A stretch of DNA of 64,000 bases from Candidatus Nitrospinota bacterium M3_3B_026 (GTDB taxonomy: Bacteria; Nitrospinota_A; UBA7883; JBPRGF01), in the NCBI GenBank assembly GCA_051418015.1, contig JBPRGF010000031.1, forward strand, positions 96,001 to 160,000, in the 5' to 3' direction. How positions within the stretch are numbered: the stretch's first letter is position 1; each line of letters begins with the position of its first letter. The notes beneath the pieces were generated by a model, which made no database searches, was not told the DNA's origin, and was given only the letters and a program-made list of their open reading frames with translations. The position numbers and the translations under genes are program-made. Of the stretch, positions 56,430 through 64,000 are shown piece by piece.

Positions 56430-57827
56430 ATGACAGAATCGTCTCAAGCCGTCCGCAAGGAAAGACGCGCCGCCGTTCCCCCAGCGAACCCGGAGATGGA
56501 GAAGGCCGTCCTGGGGGCGATCCTGCTCGACAACGAGGCGCTGCCGAAGGTGATCGAGATTCTCACCGGCTCGGAGGATTTCTACAAACCGGCCCACAGG
56601 AAGATATACCAGGCCGTCATCGACCTTTACGAGAAAAGCGAGCCCGCGGACCTGATGACCCTCTCCGAGGAGCTGCGAAAGAGAGGCTGGTTCGACGACA
56701 TCGGGATAGACTACCTGGCCGACCTCGTCGAATCCGTCCCCACGGCGGCCAACGTCCGCGTCCACGCCCGCGTGGTGCGGGAGAAGGCGGTCCTGCGAAA
56801 GCTCATCACCGTCGCGGGGGAGGTGGTGACCCTGGCCTACGAGGACACCGAGGACGTGGACAAGCTGCTCGACGAGGTGGAGCGGATGGTGCTGGACATC
56901 TCCCAGGAGCGGGCGCGCAAAAGCTTTGTGGACATCAAGAATATCCTCAAGGACAGCATGAAAACCGTCGAGAGCCTCTACGAGACCAAGAGGCTCATCA
57001 CAGGGGTCCCCACAGGCTACAAGGATATCGACGAGAAGACGGCCGGGCTGCAGTCTTCGGATCTGGTGATAATCGCGGGGCGGCCCTCGATGGGCAAGAC
57101 GGCCTTCGCCATGAACATCGCCCAGAACCTGACGAGCCTGGAGGAGGAGAGGGTGGTGGCGATATTCTCCCTGGAGATGTCCGCCGAGCAGCTTGTCCTG
57201 AGGATGCTGTGCTCCGAGGCGAAAGTGTCAAGCCAGAGGCTGCGCACGGGGTTCCTGTCGCAGACCGACTGGCCGAAGCTGACGACGGCCGCGGGCAGGC
57301 TCCATGGCCTGAACATCTTCATCGACGACACGGCGGGGCAGACGGCCCTGGACATCCGCGGCAAGGCGCGCAGGCTGCAGGCGGAGAAGGGAAGGCTGGA
57401 CCTTATCATCGTGGACTATTTGCAGCTTATGACCTCCCGGCGCAGGTACGAGTCCCGCGTGCTGGAGGTCTCGGACATCACGAGATCCTTGAAACAACTG
57501 GCACGGGAGCTTTCCGTCCCCCTTATCGCCGTCTCACAGCTTTCCAGGAAGGTGGAGGACAGGACGGACAAGAGACCGCAGCTTGCGGACCTGCGCGAGT
57601 CCGGCTCCATCGAGCAGGACGCGGACCTGGTAATGTTCGTGCACCGGGAGGGGTTCTATAACCGTGACAGGCCGGAGCTTGCGGGCAAGGCGGACATCAT
57701 CATCGGCAAACAGCGCAACGGCCCCGTGGGGACGGTGAAGCTCGCTTTCCTGGAAGACTTCACGCGGTTCGAAAACCTCTCCATGATGGAGCCGCAGGAA
57801 TATAGCGACTTCGAAGAGCCTTTCTGA
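56430..57827 (+). CDS. dnaB: Replicative DNA helicase
   Basis: GRPSMGKT, FSLEM, VDYLQL, SQLSR, DLRESGSIEQDAD, KQRNGP; no intein. Confidence 0.98.
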   Translation: MTESSQAVRKERRAAVPPANPEMEKAVLGAILLDNEALPKVIEILTGSEDFYKPAHRKIYQAVIDLYEKSEPADLMTLSEELRKRGWFDDIGIDYLADLVESVPTAANVRVHARVVREKAVLRKLITVAGEVVTLAYEDTEDVDKLLDEVERMVLDISQERARKSFVDIKNILKDSMKTVESLYETKRLITGVPTGYKDIDEKTAGLQSSDLVIIAGRPSMGKTAFAMNIAQNLTSLEEERVVAIFSLEMSAEQLVLRMLCSEAKVSSQRLRTGFLSQTDWPKLTTAAGRLHGLNIFIDDTAGQTALDIRGKARRLQAEKGRLDLIIVDYLQLMTSRRRYESRVLEVSDITRSLKQLARELSVPLIAVSQLSRKVEDRTDKRPQLADLRESGSIEQDADLVMFVHREGFYNRDRPELAGKADIIIGKQRNGPVGTVKLAFLEDFTRFENLSMMEPQEYSDFEEPF

Positions 57828-57830
57828 AAA

Positions 57831-58000
57831 GACCTTTGCGGAACCAATATGATTTACTATCTTGTTGTCCTGAGGCGAAGCCGAAGGACCTTGCCTTTTT
57901 TGCTTAAACTAACAAAATCAAGGCCCTTCAGTTCGCGGCGGAGACTCCGCTCCTTCAGGACGACAACAGCGGGCGGATTCGAACGCATTATGCGAAAGTC
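57831..58000. mobile_element. Non-autonomous MITE-like element, copy B
   Basis: Termini GACCTTTGCGGAA and TTATGCGAAAGTC; internal palindrome TGTCCTGAGGCGAAGCCGAAGG...CCTTCA...TCAGGAC. Confidence 0.6.
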
Positions 58001-58048
58001 TTCTTTCTAAAAGGCAGAGGCCGCCCTTTTTCGGAGCCTCGGCCGCTT

Positions 58049-59194
58049 TTGTCAACAAGCGCAAGGACAGTGAACCTCAGTCATCCCACTCACGTCGAGA
58101 TAGACATCGACAGGCTCCATGAAAACCTGGACCTCATAAGCCGCGTGGCCGGGGCGCCCCTTCTGCCGGTGGTGAAGGCGGACGCCTACGGCCATGGCGC
58201 CGTCCCCGTCGCCCGGGAAATAGCGGGGAGAAAGGACATTGTCGAGGGCCTCTGTGTGGGCACTGTGAACGAGGCGCTGGAGCTTCGCCGGGCGGGGATG
58301 AGGGGGCGGATCGTCGTCCTGGACGGGGTCTTCCCGGAACAGGCGGGTGAGGCCCTTCGCCACGGACTGGAGGCTGTCGTAAGCTCTGTCGAGGAGGCTC
58401 GGACGCTGGCCTCGAGCGCGGGCCGCAAGGCCGCGGAGGTCCACGTCAAGATCAACACCGGCATGACGCGCCTGGGGGCGGAGGCGGAGAGCGCCATGGA
58501 CGTCTATAAAAAGATCGCGGGGATGAGAAAGATACGCATAGCCGGGCTTATGACCCACCTGGCCGACGCGGGGCGAAAACGCGGCCTGGCCCCCAGGCAA
58601 CTGAAAATTTTCGACGAGATATCTTCCGCCATCTCCGCCGCGGGCCACCCTCTCCCCCCCCGCCACGCGGCGAACACCGCCGCCGTGTTCCGCCACCCGG
58701 CGTCGCGGCTGGACCTCGTCCGGCCGGGGCTTGGTGTCTATGGGGTCCAGGCCTTTCCGGGGCCGGACGCCGGGCTGAAACCGGTCCTGAGCTGGCGGGC
58801 GAGGATAGCCATCGTCCGGAAGCTTAAAAAAGGCCAGACGGTATCATACGGGATGCTGTGGACAAGCCCTGGGCGGCGGGAGGCGGCTGTCGTCTGCGCA
58901 GGCTACGCCGACGGGTACTCCACGAGGCTTTCGAACCGGGCGAAGGCCCTTTTCAGGAGAAAACCCGTCAGGCAGGTCGGTATGGTCTGCATGGACAGCT
59001 GCCTTTTCGACGTGACAGGAACCGGCGCCAGGGCCGGCGATACGGTGACCCTCATCGGCGAGGATGGAAAAGAGCGCGTCACGGCCAACGATCTCGCCCG
59101 CCTGGGCGGGGTTATTCCGTATGAGATTCTGTGCGGAATAGGCAGACGCGCAAAACGTGTCTACATGAGATCCGGCGAAATCGTAACCCTCTGA
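58049..59194 (+). CDS. alr: Alanine racemase
   Basis: VVKADAYGHG, HVKINTGMTRLG, SYG, GYADG, CMD; alternative start GTG 58070. Confidence 0.97.
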   Translation: MSTSARTVNLSHPTHVEIDIDRLHENLDLISRVAGAPLLPVVKADAYGHGAVPVAREIAGRKDIVEGLCVGTVNEALELRRAGMRGRIVVLDGVFPEQAGEALRHGLEAVVSSVEEARTLASSAGRKAAEVHVKINTGMTRLGAEAESAMDVYKKIAGMRKIRIAGLMTHLADAGRKRGLAPRQLKIFDEISSAISAAGHPLPPRHAANTAAVFRHPASRLDLVRPGLGVYGVQAFPGPDAGLKPVLSWRARIAIVRKLKKGQTVSYGMLWTSPGRREAAVVCAGYADGYSTRLSNRAKALFRRKPVRQVGMVCMDSCLFDVTGTGARAGDTVTLIGEDGKERVTANDLARLGGVIPYEILCGIGRRAKRVYMRSGEIVTL

Positions 59195-59369
59195 TTACAA
59201 AGTCCTTACATCCAAGGCGGCGATAGCGGGGCATGATTCGCCACGGGGTCGCGCCGGCCCTGCCGCCTCCCGCTTTCCGGCCCGCGGGCAGGCGATTTTT
59301 TATGGCGCATAACACATTGATATATATCGCCTGATTTACAGCGCCCCCCCATCGCTCCGGGCTGGAAAT

Positions 59370-59401
59370 TTGATATTTAACCTCAAATCTATATAATAGA
59401 T
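59370..59401 (+). promoter_or_regulatory. Putative sigma70 promoter of ectR with overlapping palindrome
   Basis: TTGATA-16 nt-TATAAT; ATCTAT-ATA-ATAGAT (59387-59401) covers the -10 box. Confidence 0.55.
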
Positions 59402-59494
59402 ATCTCACGTGTCCGAAGCATTTTTATCGGGAAAGGAGCATCCAGACGGGCCCGATCGCCCGTCCCGCTCGAATTGAAGAGTAAGATTTTAAAA

Positions 59495-60103
59495 ATGAAT
59501 GTGTTACAAAACGCCGAGTTGGAACTGGAGGAAGGCGAGATCCAGTACGCGGACAAGGTTCTCATCGCCATAAGGCGGATCATCCGCGCCGTTGACCTTC
59601 ATTCCAGGAAGCTGGCCCAGAGTTCCGGCCTGACGGGGCCTCAGCTTGTCGTGTTGTCGGAGATAGCAAACCGCGACCAGGCCTCGATAAGCGATCTGGC
59701 GAAAAACGTCCACCTCAGCCACGCCACGGTGACGGACATCCTGAACAGGCTTGAAAAAAGAGGGCTTGTCGCCAGGAAGAAAAACGGAGCCGACAAGCGG
59801 AAGGTGGTCGTGGAAGTGACCGGGGCCGGCAGGGAGATCATAAAAAACAAGCCGCCGCTGTTGCAGGAGAAGTTCGTCGCGAGGCTGGACAGGCTCGAGG
59901 GCGAGGAGAAAGACCTTCTTCTTTCGATGCTGACAAGGATAGTCAGCATGATGGAGATGGAAGAGGAGACACTGGATTCCTCCCCGTTCCTTGCCACCGG
60001 CCCCCTGTCCGCGTCGCCGGAAAGCTCTTTGGGTTATCTGAACGACTCCCCGTCCGCGGACGGCTCGGGCGCGAAGGAGGCGCCCGGCGGAAAATCGGAC
60101 TAA
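59495..60103 (+). CDS. ectR: MarR-family regulator, EctR/CosR type
   Basis: AIRRIIRAVDLHSRKL..SGLTGPQL, LSHATVT.IL.RLEKRGLV, DKR, PPLLQE; located upstream of ectABC. Confidence 0.85.
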   Translation: MNVLQNAELELEEGEIQYADKVLIAIRRIIRAVDLHSRKLAQSSGLTGPQLVVLSEIANRDQASISDLAKNVHLSHATVTDILNRLEKRGLVARKKNGADKRKVVVEVTGAGREIIKNKPPLLQEKFVARLDRLEGEEKDLLLSMLTRIVSMMEMEEETLDSSPFLATGPLSASPESSLGYLNDSPSADGSGAKEAPGGKSD

Positions 60104-60121
60104 CGTCCCCCGGAAGCGGCG

Positions 60122-60159
60122 TCCGCTCCTTTCGCCAGCGTGGACGGGGCGGATTTTTT
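60122..60159 (+). terminator. Putative intrinsic terminator after ectR
   Basis: TCCGCTCC...GGGGCGGA followed by T6. Confidence 0.55.
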
Positions 60160-60237
60160 GTTTGGAAGGCATCGCGGTAAACGATTGATGAAAACGCGGA
60201 GGAATATCAGGCCAGGCGCGGCGGAGGGCGGCTCCCG

Positions 60238-60615
60238 ATGAGCGTCGCCATCCTCGGCTGGGAATTCGAGACTTTTCAAGACATGGAAAAGCTCGAGGAC
60301 AAAGCGGGAGTTTATGTCGTCATCTCGATCAAGGACGGCGCCGCCCGCGTCATCGACGCAGGAGAGTCCGAGCGGATAAGGACGAAGATCATCAGCCATG
60401 AAAGAACGCCGTGCTGGAGCGAACACAAGTATGACGGCGTGGTCATCGCCGTCCGTTACGTGGAGGCCGCGGACCGCGAGGAGCGGGTGAGGATAGAGAG
60501 TGAGATAAGGGCCAGGTATTCGCCGCCCTGCGGTGGCCCGGAGGGGGCGGCGGAGCTAACAAACGTTTTTACCGGCGCTATTAAAGAGGAGAAAAAAGAC
60601 GACGACAAACGTTGA
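60238..60615 (+). CDS. Small GIY-YIG-like hypothetical protein
   Basis: GVYVV...IDAGES...H...E.EIR..Y.PPC pattern; GGAGG Shine-Dalgarno. Confidence 0.6.
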   Translation: MSVAILGWEFETFQDMEKLEDKAGVYVVISIKDGAARVIDAGESERIRTKIISHERTPCWSEHKYDGVVIAVRYVEAADREERVRIESEIRARYSPPCGGPEGAAELTNVFTGAIKEEKKDDDKR

Positions 60616-60633
60616 AACCGAAGAGGAGGGAAT

Positions 60634-61719
60634 ATGGCGCATTACAACAAAAAGTTCATTACGTGCTTCATGACGACATCGTGCAACCTGCGTTGCAAAT
60701 ACTGCATAACATCGTCCATGGACCGCGATAACACGAATATAGACCTCGACTTCGTCCGCGCCGCAATGAGTGAGTATTTCGAGAAAACGCGCAACTACAA
60801 GGTGCGTTTCTACAGCGTGGGCGAGCCCACGGAAAACATCGAAGGCATAAAAAACGTCGTGGACATCGCCCAGGAGCTGAGCGGCGGCTCGGCCTATTTC
60901 GAGCTTCTGACGAACGGTTTCTTCAATGACGCCACCGCTGAATGGATCGGAAACAACATACACCGCGTCTGGGTCTCCTATGACGGACCGCAGGACGTGT
61001 GCGACGACATACGGATCACCCCAAAGGGAAAAGGCAGCGCCGAGCGGATAATACGCAACATCCATAAACTCAACGAGATGACCTCGGTCGGAATCGGCCT
61101 CACGGTCAACCAGTTCAACCTGAAAAGACAGGTGGAGGTCATAGAGGAGGTCCACGGCATGGGAATCAACTGCATGATCTCCAAAGCCTGCATAAACCCC
61201 GTCGGCAAGGACCTCGACGACATCTACGCCGTGGACATCATGGACTACGCCGAGGAGTTCATAAAGGCGTGGCGGCGCGGGCGGGAGCTTGGCCTGCATT
61301 ACACCAACGACCTGATATTCAACTTCGACGGCCATTGCTCCTTCTACTGCCGGGCCAATGACCCCACGCCGCACCTGACCGTGGACGGCTACGTCTCCTC
61401 GTGCGACAGGGCCTTTTCAGGGGACAGCCCCCTCAAGGAGCTTATCTACGGCAAGTGGGACCCGAGAACCAAAAGCATCGAATATTACCCGGACAGAATC
61501 GAAAAACTTCAAAACCGCAGGGTCGAGAACATGGAGGAGTGCAAAGACTGCGAGATACGCTACCAGTGCGCGGGCCACTGCCTGGGCACGGTCTACCAGT
61601 ACACCGGCGACATGTACAAGCCGCTGACCTATTACTGCCCGGCGATCAAGTTCCTGCACAAGGAAGTTAAAAAGGACATGAAAAAAGGCGAGTTCTGGCC
61701 CATCGAGTACACCAACTGA
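60634..61719 (+). CDS. Radical SAM protein with SPASM domain
   Basis: CNLRCKYC, VGEPT, TNG, SYDG; C-x17-C (DGYVSSC) and Cx2Cx5Cx3Cx18C; strong GAGGAGG Shine-Dalgarno. Confidence 0.93.
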   Translation: MAHYNKKFITCFMTTSCNLRCKYCITSSMDRDNTNIDLDFVRAAMSEYFEKTRNYKVRFYSVGEPTENIEGIKNVVDIAQELSGGSAYFELLTNGFFNDATAEWIGNNIHRVWVSYDGPQDVCDDIRITPKGKGSAERIIRNIHKLNEMTSVGIGLTVNQFNLKRQVEVIEEVHGMGINCMISKACINPVGKDLDDIYAVDIMDYAEEFIKAWRRGRELGLHYTNDLIFNFDGHCSFYCRANDPTPHLTVDGYVSSCDRAFSGDSPLKELIYGKWDPRTKSIEYYPDRIEKLQNRRVENMEECKDCEIRYQCAGHCLGTVYQYTGDMYKPLTYYCPAIKFLHKEVKKDMKKGEFWPIEYTN

Positions 61720-61777
61720 GGGTCGTCTGAAGGCCGGCGCGGAAAAAGGAGCGTAAATTAATGAAAGAGCGTAAAGG

Positions 61778-62314
61778 GTGAGCGGCAAAACAGAGATGAC
61801 GAAACGAAGCGGAGCCGACGAGGCGCCGGTCGCGTTGCGCGGGCCGGAGAGGGCCGACGGCAAGAGCCTTTACGACCTTGTCCGCTCCTGCCCTCCGCTG
61901 GACGTCAACTCGGTCTACGCCTACTACCTGGTGGCGGAGCATTTCGCCGGGACCAGCGTCGTCGCCGAGGTAAACGGGCGGACAGCCGGTTTCGTCTCCG
62001 CGTACATCCCCCCCGGCCGGGAGGATACCCTGTTCGTGTGGCAGGTGGCCGTCTCGCCAGACGCGCGCGGCAGGGGGCTTGCGGGCAGGATGCTCCGCGA
62101 GATTCTGTCCAGGCCCGCGCTCGGGAAAATCCGGCACGTCGAGACAACGATAACACCGTCCAACGAGGCGTCGAAACGGCTCTTCTCGCGGCTTGCGGAA
62201 AGGCTCGGATGCGGCGTCGAAAAAGAAATTTTCATCCCGGCCGAATGGTTCGGGGAGGGCTCCCACGAAGAGGAGGTCCTTTTCCGGATCGGGCCGTTCG
62301 AAAACGTTTATTAA
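61778..62314 (+). CDS. ectA: Diaminobutyrate acetyltransferase
   Basis: CPPLDVNSVYAY, LFVWQVAV, ETTITPSNEAS, HEEE. Confidence 0.97.
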   Translation: MSGKTEMTKRSGADEAPVALRGPERADGKSLYDLVRSCPPLDVNSVYAYYLVAEHFAGTSVVAEVNGRTAGFVSAYIPPGREDTLFVWQVAVSPDARGRGLAGRMLREILSRPALGKIRHVETTITPSNEASKRLFSRLAERLGCGVEKEIFIPAEWFGEGSHEEEVLFRIGPFENVY

Positions 62315-62334
62315 CTTTGAAAGGTGGAATAACC

Positions 62335-63612
62335 ATGCGAGTCATTGAAAATATGGAATCGGAAGTGCGGGGCTACGTCAGGTCGTTCCCGGCCGTCTTC
62401 GACAAGGCGGAGGGCGCGATTCTCTACGACAAGCACGGCGAAAGGTACGTCGACTTTTTCGCCGGGGCCGGCACGCTCAACTACGGGCATAACAACCCCA
62501 ATATCACCAAGGCGCTCATAGAGTATCTCCAGGGCGGCGGCGTGGTCCACGGCCTGGACAAGGCCACCGTGGCCAAGATCGAGTTCCTGCAAAAGCTCCA
62601 CGACACGATACTGGCGCCCCGTAACCTCAACTACAAGGTCCAGTTCACGGGCCCCACGGGTACCAACGCCGTGGAGACGGCGCTGAAGCTCGCCAGGATG
62701 GTCAAACGCAGGTCGAACGTCATCTCCTTCACCAACGGCTACCACGGCCTGACGATGGGCTCCATGGCCGTGACGGGCAACACTTTCTACAGGGACGAGT
62801 CCTACGGGCTGAGGGTGAACACGGCCTTCATGCCGTATGACAAGTATTTCGGCCCGGAGGTGGACACGATCGAATATTTCAGAAAATACCTCGAGGACCC
62901 GAGCAGTGGCGTCGACCAGCCCGCGGCGGTGATACTGGAGACAACCCAGTGCGAGGGCGGCGTCAACGTGGCCAGCGCCGAATGGCTCAAGAAGCTTGAA
63001 GGGCTCTGCCGCGAGTTCGAGATACTCATGATCGTGGATGACATACAGGTGGGCAACGGGCGCACGGGGCCCTTCTTCAGCTTCGAGCGGGCCGGGATCA
63101 CGCCGGATATCGTGGCCGTCTCGAAGTCCATCGGCGGCGGCCTGCCGCTTGCGCTGCTGCTCATCAAGCCGGAGCTGGACCAGTGGCAGCCGGGCGAGCA
63201 CACGGGCACCTTCAGGGGCAACAACCTCGCTTTCGTGGCGGCCACCCAGGCGCTCGGCTACTGGGAGAACGGCGACCTCACCGATGCGGTCTTCTACAAG
63301 GGCCAGATCATGGAAGAGGAGCTGAGAGGCTTCATGGAGGCCCATCCCGACCTCGGCCTGGAGTTGCGCGGGCTGGGGATGCTGTGGGGGCTCGATTTCA
63401 AGGTCCGGGGCGCGGCCAGCGAGATATCCAAGCTGGCCTTCGAAAAGGGGCTCATCATCGAAGTGGCGGGAGCAGAGGACAACGTACTCAAGCTGCTGCC
63501 GGCCCTGACGATCGAGGAGGAGCTGCTCCGGGAGGGGCTCGGGATAATCGGAGAGACCATAAACGAGTTCGAAAAGGGTAAGAAGGATTTTCTGGTGGGC
63601 AAGACGATATGA
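62335..63612 (+). CDS. ectB: Diaminobutyrate-2-oxoglutarate transaminase
   Basis: ESEVRGYVRSFP, DFFAGAGTLNYGHN, GPTGTNAVE, DDIQ, SKS, GEHTGTFRG; start at ATG 62335. Confidence 0.97.
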   Translation: MRVIENMESEVRGYVRSFPAVFDKAEGAILYDKHGERYVDFFAGAGTLNYGHNNPNITKALIEYLQGGGVVHGLDKATVAKIEFLQKLHDTILAPRNLNYKVQFTGPTGTNAVETALKLARMVKRRSNVISFTNGYHGLTMGSMAVTGNTFYRDESYGLRVNTAFMPYDKYFGPEVDTIEYFRKYLEDPSSGVDQPAAVILETTQCEGGVNVASAEWLKKLEGLCREFEILMIVDDIQVGNGRTGPFFSFERAGITPDIVAVSKSIGGGLPLALLLIKPELDQWQPGEHTGTFRGNNLAFVAATQALGYWENGDLTDAVFYKGQIMEEELRGFMEAHPDLGLELRGLGMLWGLDFKVRGAASEISKLAFEKGLIIEVAGAEDNVLKLLPALTIEEELLREGLGIIGETINEFEKGKKDFLVGKTI

Positions 63613-64000
63613 TCGTAAGAACTCTGGAAGAAGCCAAAGACACCGAAAGGGAGGTCAAAGCCGGCAAGGGAACATGGGTAAGCCGCCGCCTGCTGTTGCG
63701 GGACGACGGGATGGGGTTTTCCCTGCATGACACCACCATCTTCGCCGGCACGGAGACCTATATCTGGTACAAGCATCACCTGGAGGCGGTCTACTGCGTG
63801 GCCGGGGAGGGAGAGATAGAGGTCATCGGGACCGGCGAAAAACACCGGATCACCGACGGGACCATGTACGCCCTGGACGGCCACGAGAAACACTGGCTCC
63901 GCGCCAAAGCCGACATGCGGTTGATCTGCGTGTTCAACCCCGCCCTGACCGGCGCCGAGGATCACGACGAAGAGGGAGTCTATCCTTTGATGATGACTGA
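63609..64000 (+). CDS. ectC: Ectoine synthase (stop codon beyond the window)
   Basis: Manual translation gives MIVRTLEE...WVSRRLLLRDDGMGFSLHDT...WYKHHLEAVYC...CVFNPALTGAEDHDEEGVY; ATGA overlap with ectB. Confidence 0.97.
   Translation, partial: MIVRTLEEAKDTEREVKAGKGTWVSRRLLLRDDGMGFSLHDTTIFAGTETYIWYKHHLEAVYCVAGEGEIEVIGTGEKHRITDGTMYALDGHEKHWLRAKADMRLICVFNPALTGAEDHDEEGVYPLMMT

Noticed and set aside
56430..57827. Intein in DnaB
   Set aside because: Normal 465-aa length with contiguous helicase motifs
60188..60241. 17-aa ORF MKTRRNIRPGAAEGGSR as RiPP precursor for the SPASM enzyme
   Set aside because: No clear ribosome-binding site, no Cys or aromatic residues typical of SPASM substrates, and the enzyme lacks an RRE; cannot be fully excluded
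289..63965. Many long alternative-frame and antisense ORFs (e.g. 2167-4329 +, 7975-10689 -, 23401-26121 -, 35270-37093 -, 37390-39093 -)
   Set aside because: They are shadows of well-supported genes in GC-rich DNA, with Arg/Gly/Pro-rich or motif-free translations

Overview
GC-rich bacterial chromosomal window of mostly housekeeping genes, with no phage, transposase, integrase or CRISPR array. Left to right it contains: the start of a complex I operon (nuoA-B-C-D') preceded by an SfrB/SfrA-like NADPH oxidoreductase pair; a divergent PilJ/NarX-type PAS histidine kinase with three receiver proteins that lack DNA-binding domains; tRNA-Leu(GAG); an operon encoding an EIIA(Ntr)-like protein, a PII-like protein, two cation:proton antiporters and a CobB sirtuin; an RND pair, coaBC, udg, PBP1A and an ABC-2 exporter; an aminotransferase, CDF transporter, YkoF-like and TusA-like genes and lnt; rodZ, a purine nucleoside phosphorylase with a long basic N-terminal extension, an FHA protein and nadB; ntrC-glnE-dprA-topA-trmFO; purM, tlpA, a CsgG-like gene, yqaA, a P-type ATPase, purF, dnaB and alr; and an ectoine cluster (ectR ... 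ectABC') interrupted by a GIY-YIG-like ORF and a radical SAM/SPASM gene. Several MITE/REP-like palindromic elements lie in intergenic regions. The best candidates for an undescribed system are the EIIA-PII-double-antiporter operon and the radical SAM/SPASM module inside the ectoine cluster. All family assignments come from reading motifs by eye; no database searches were run.
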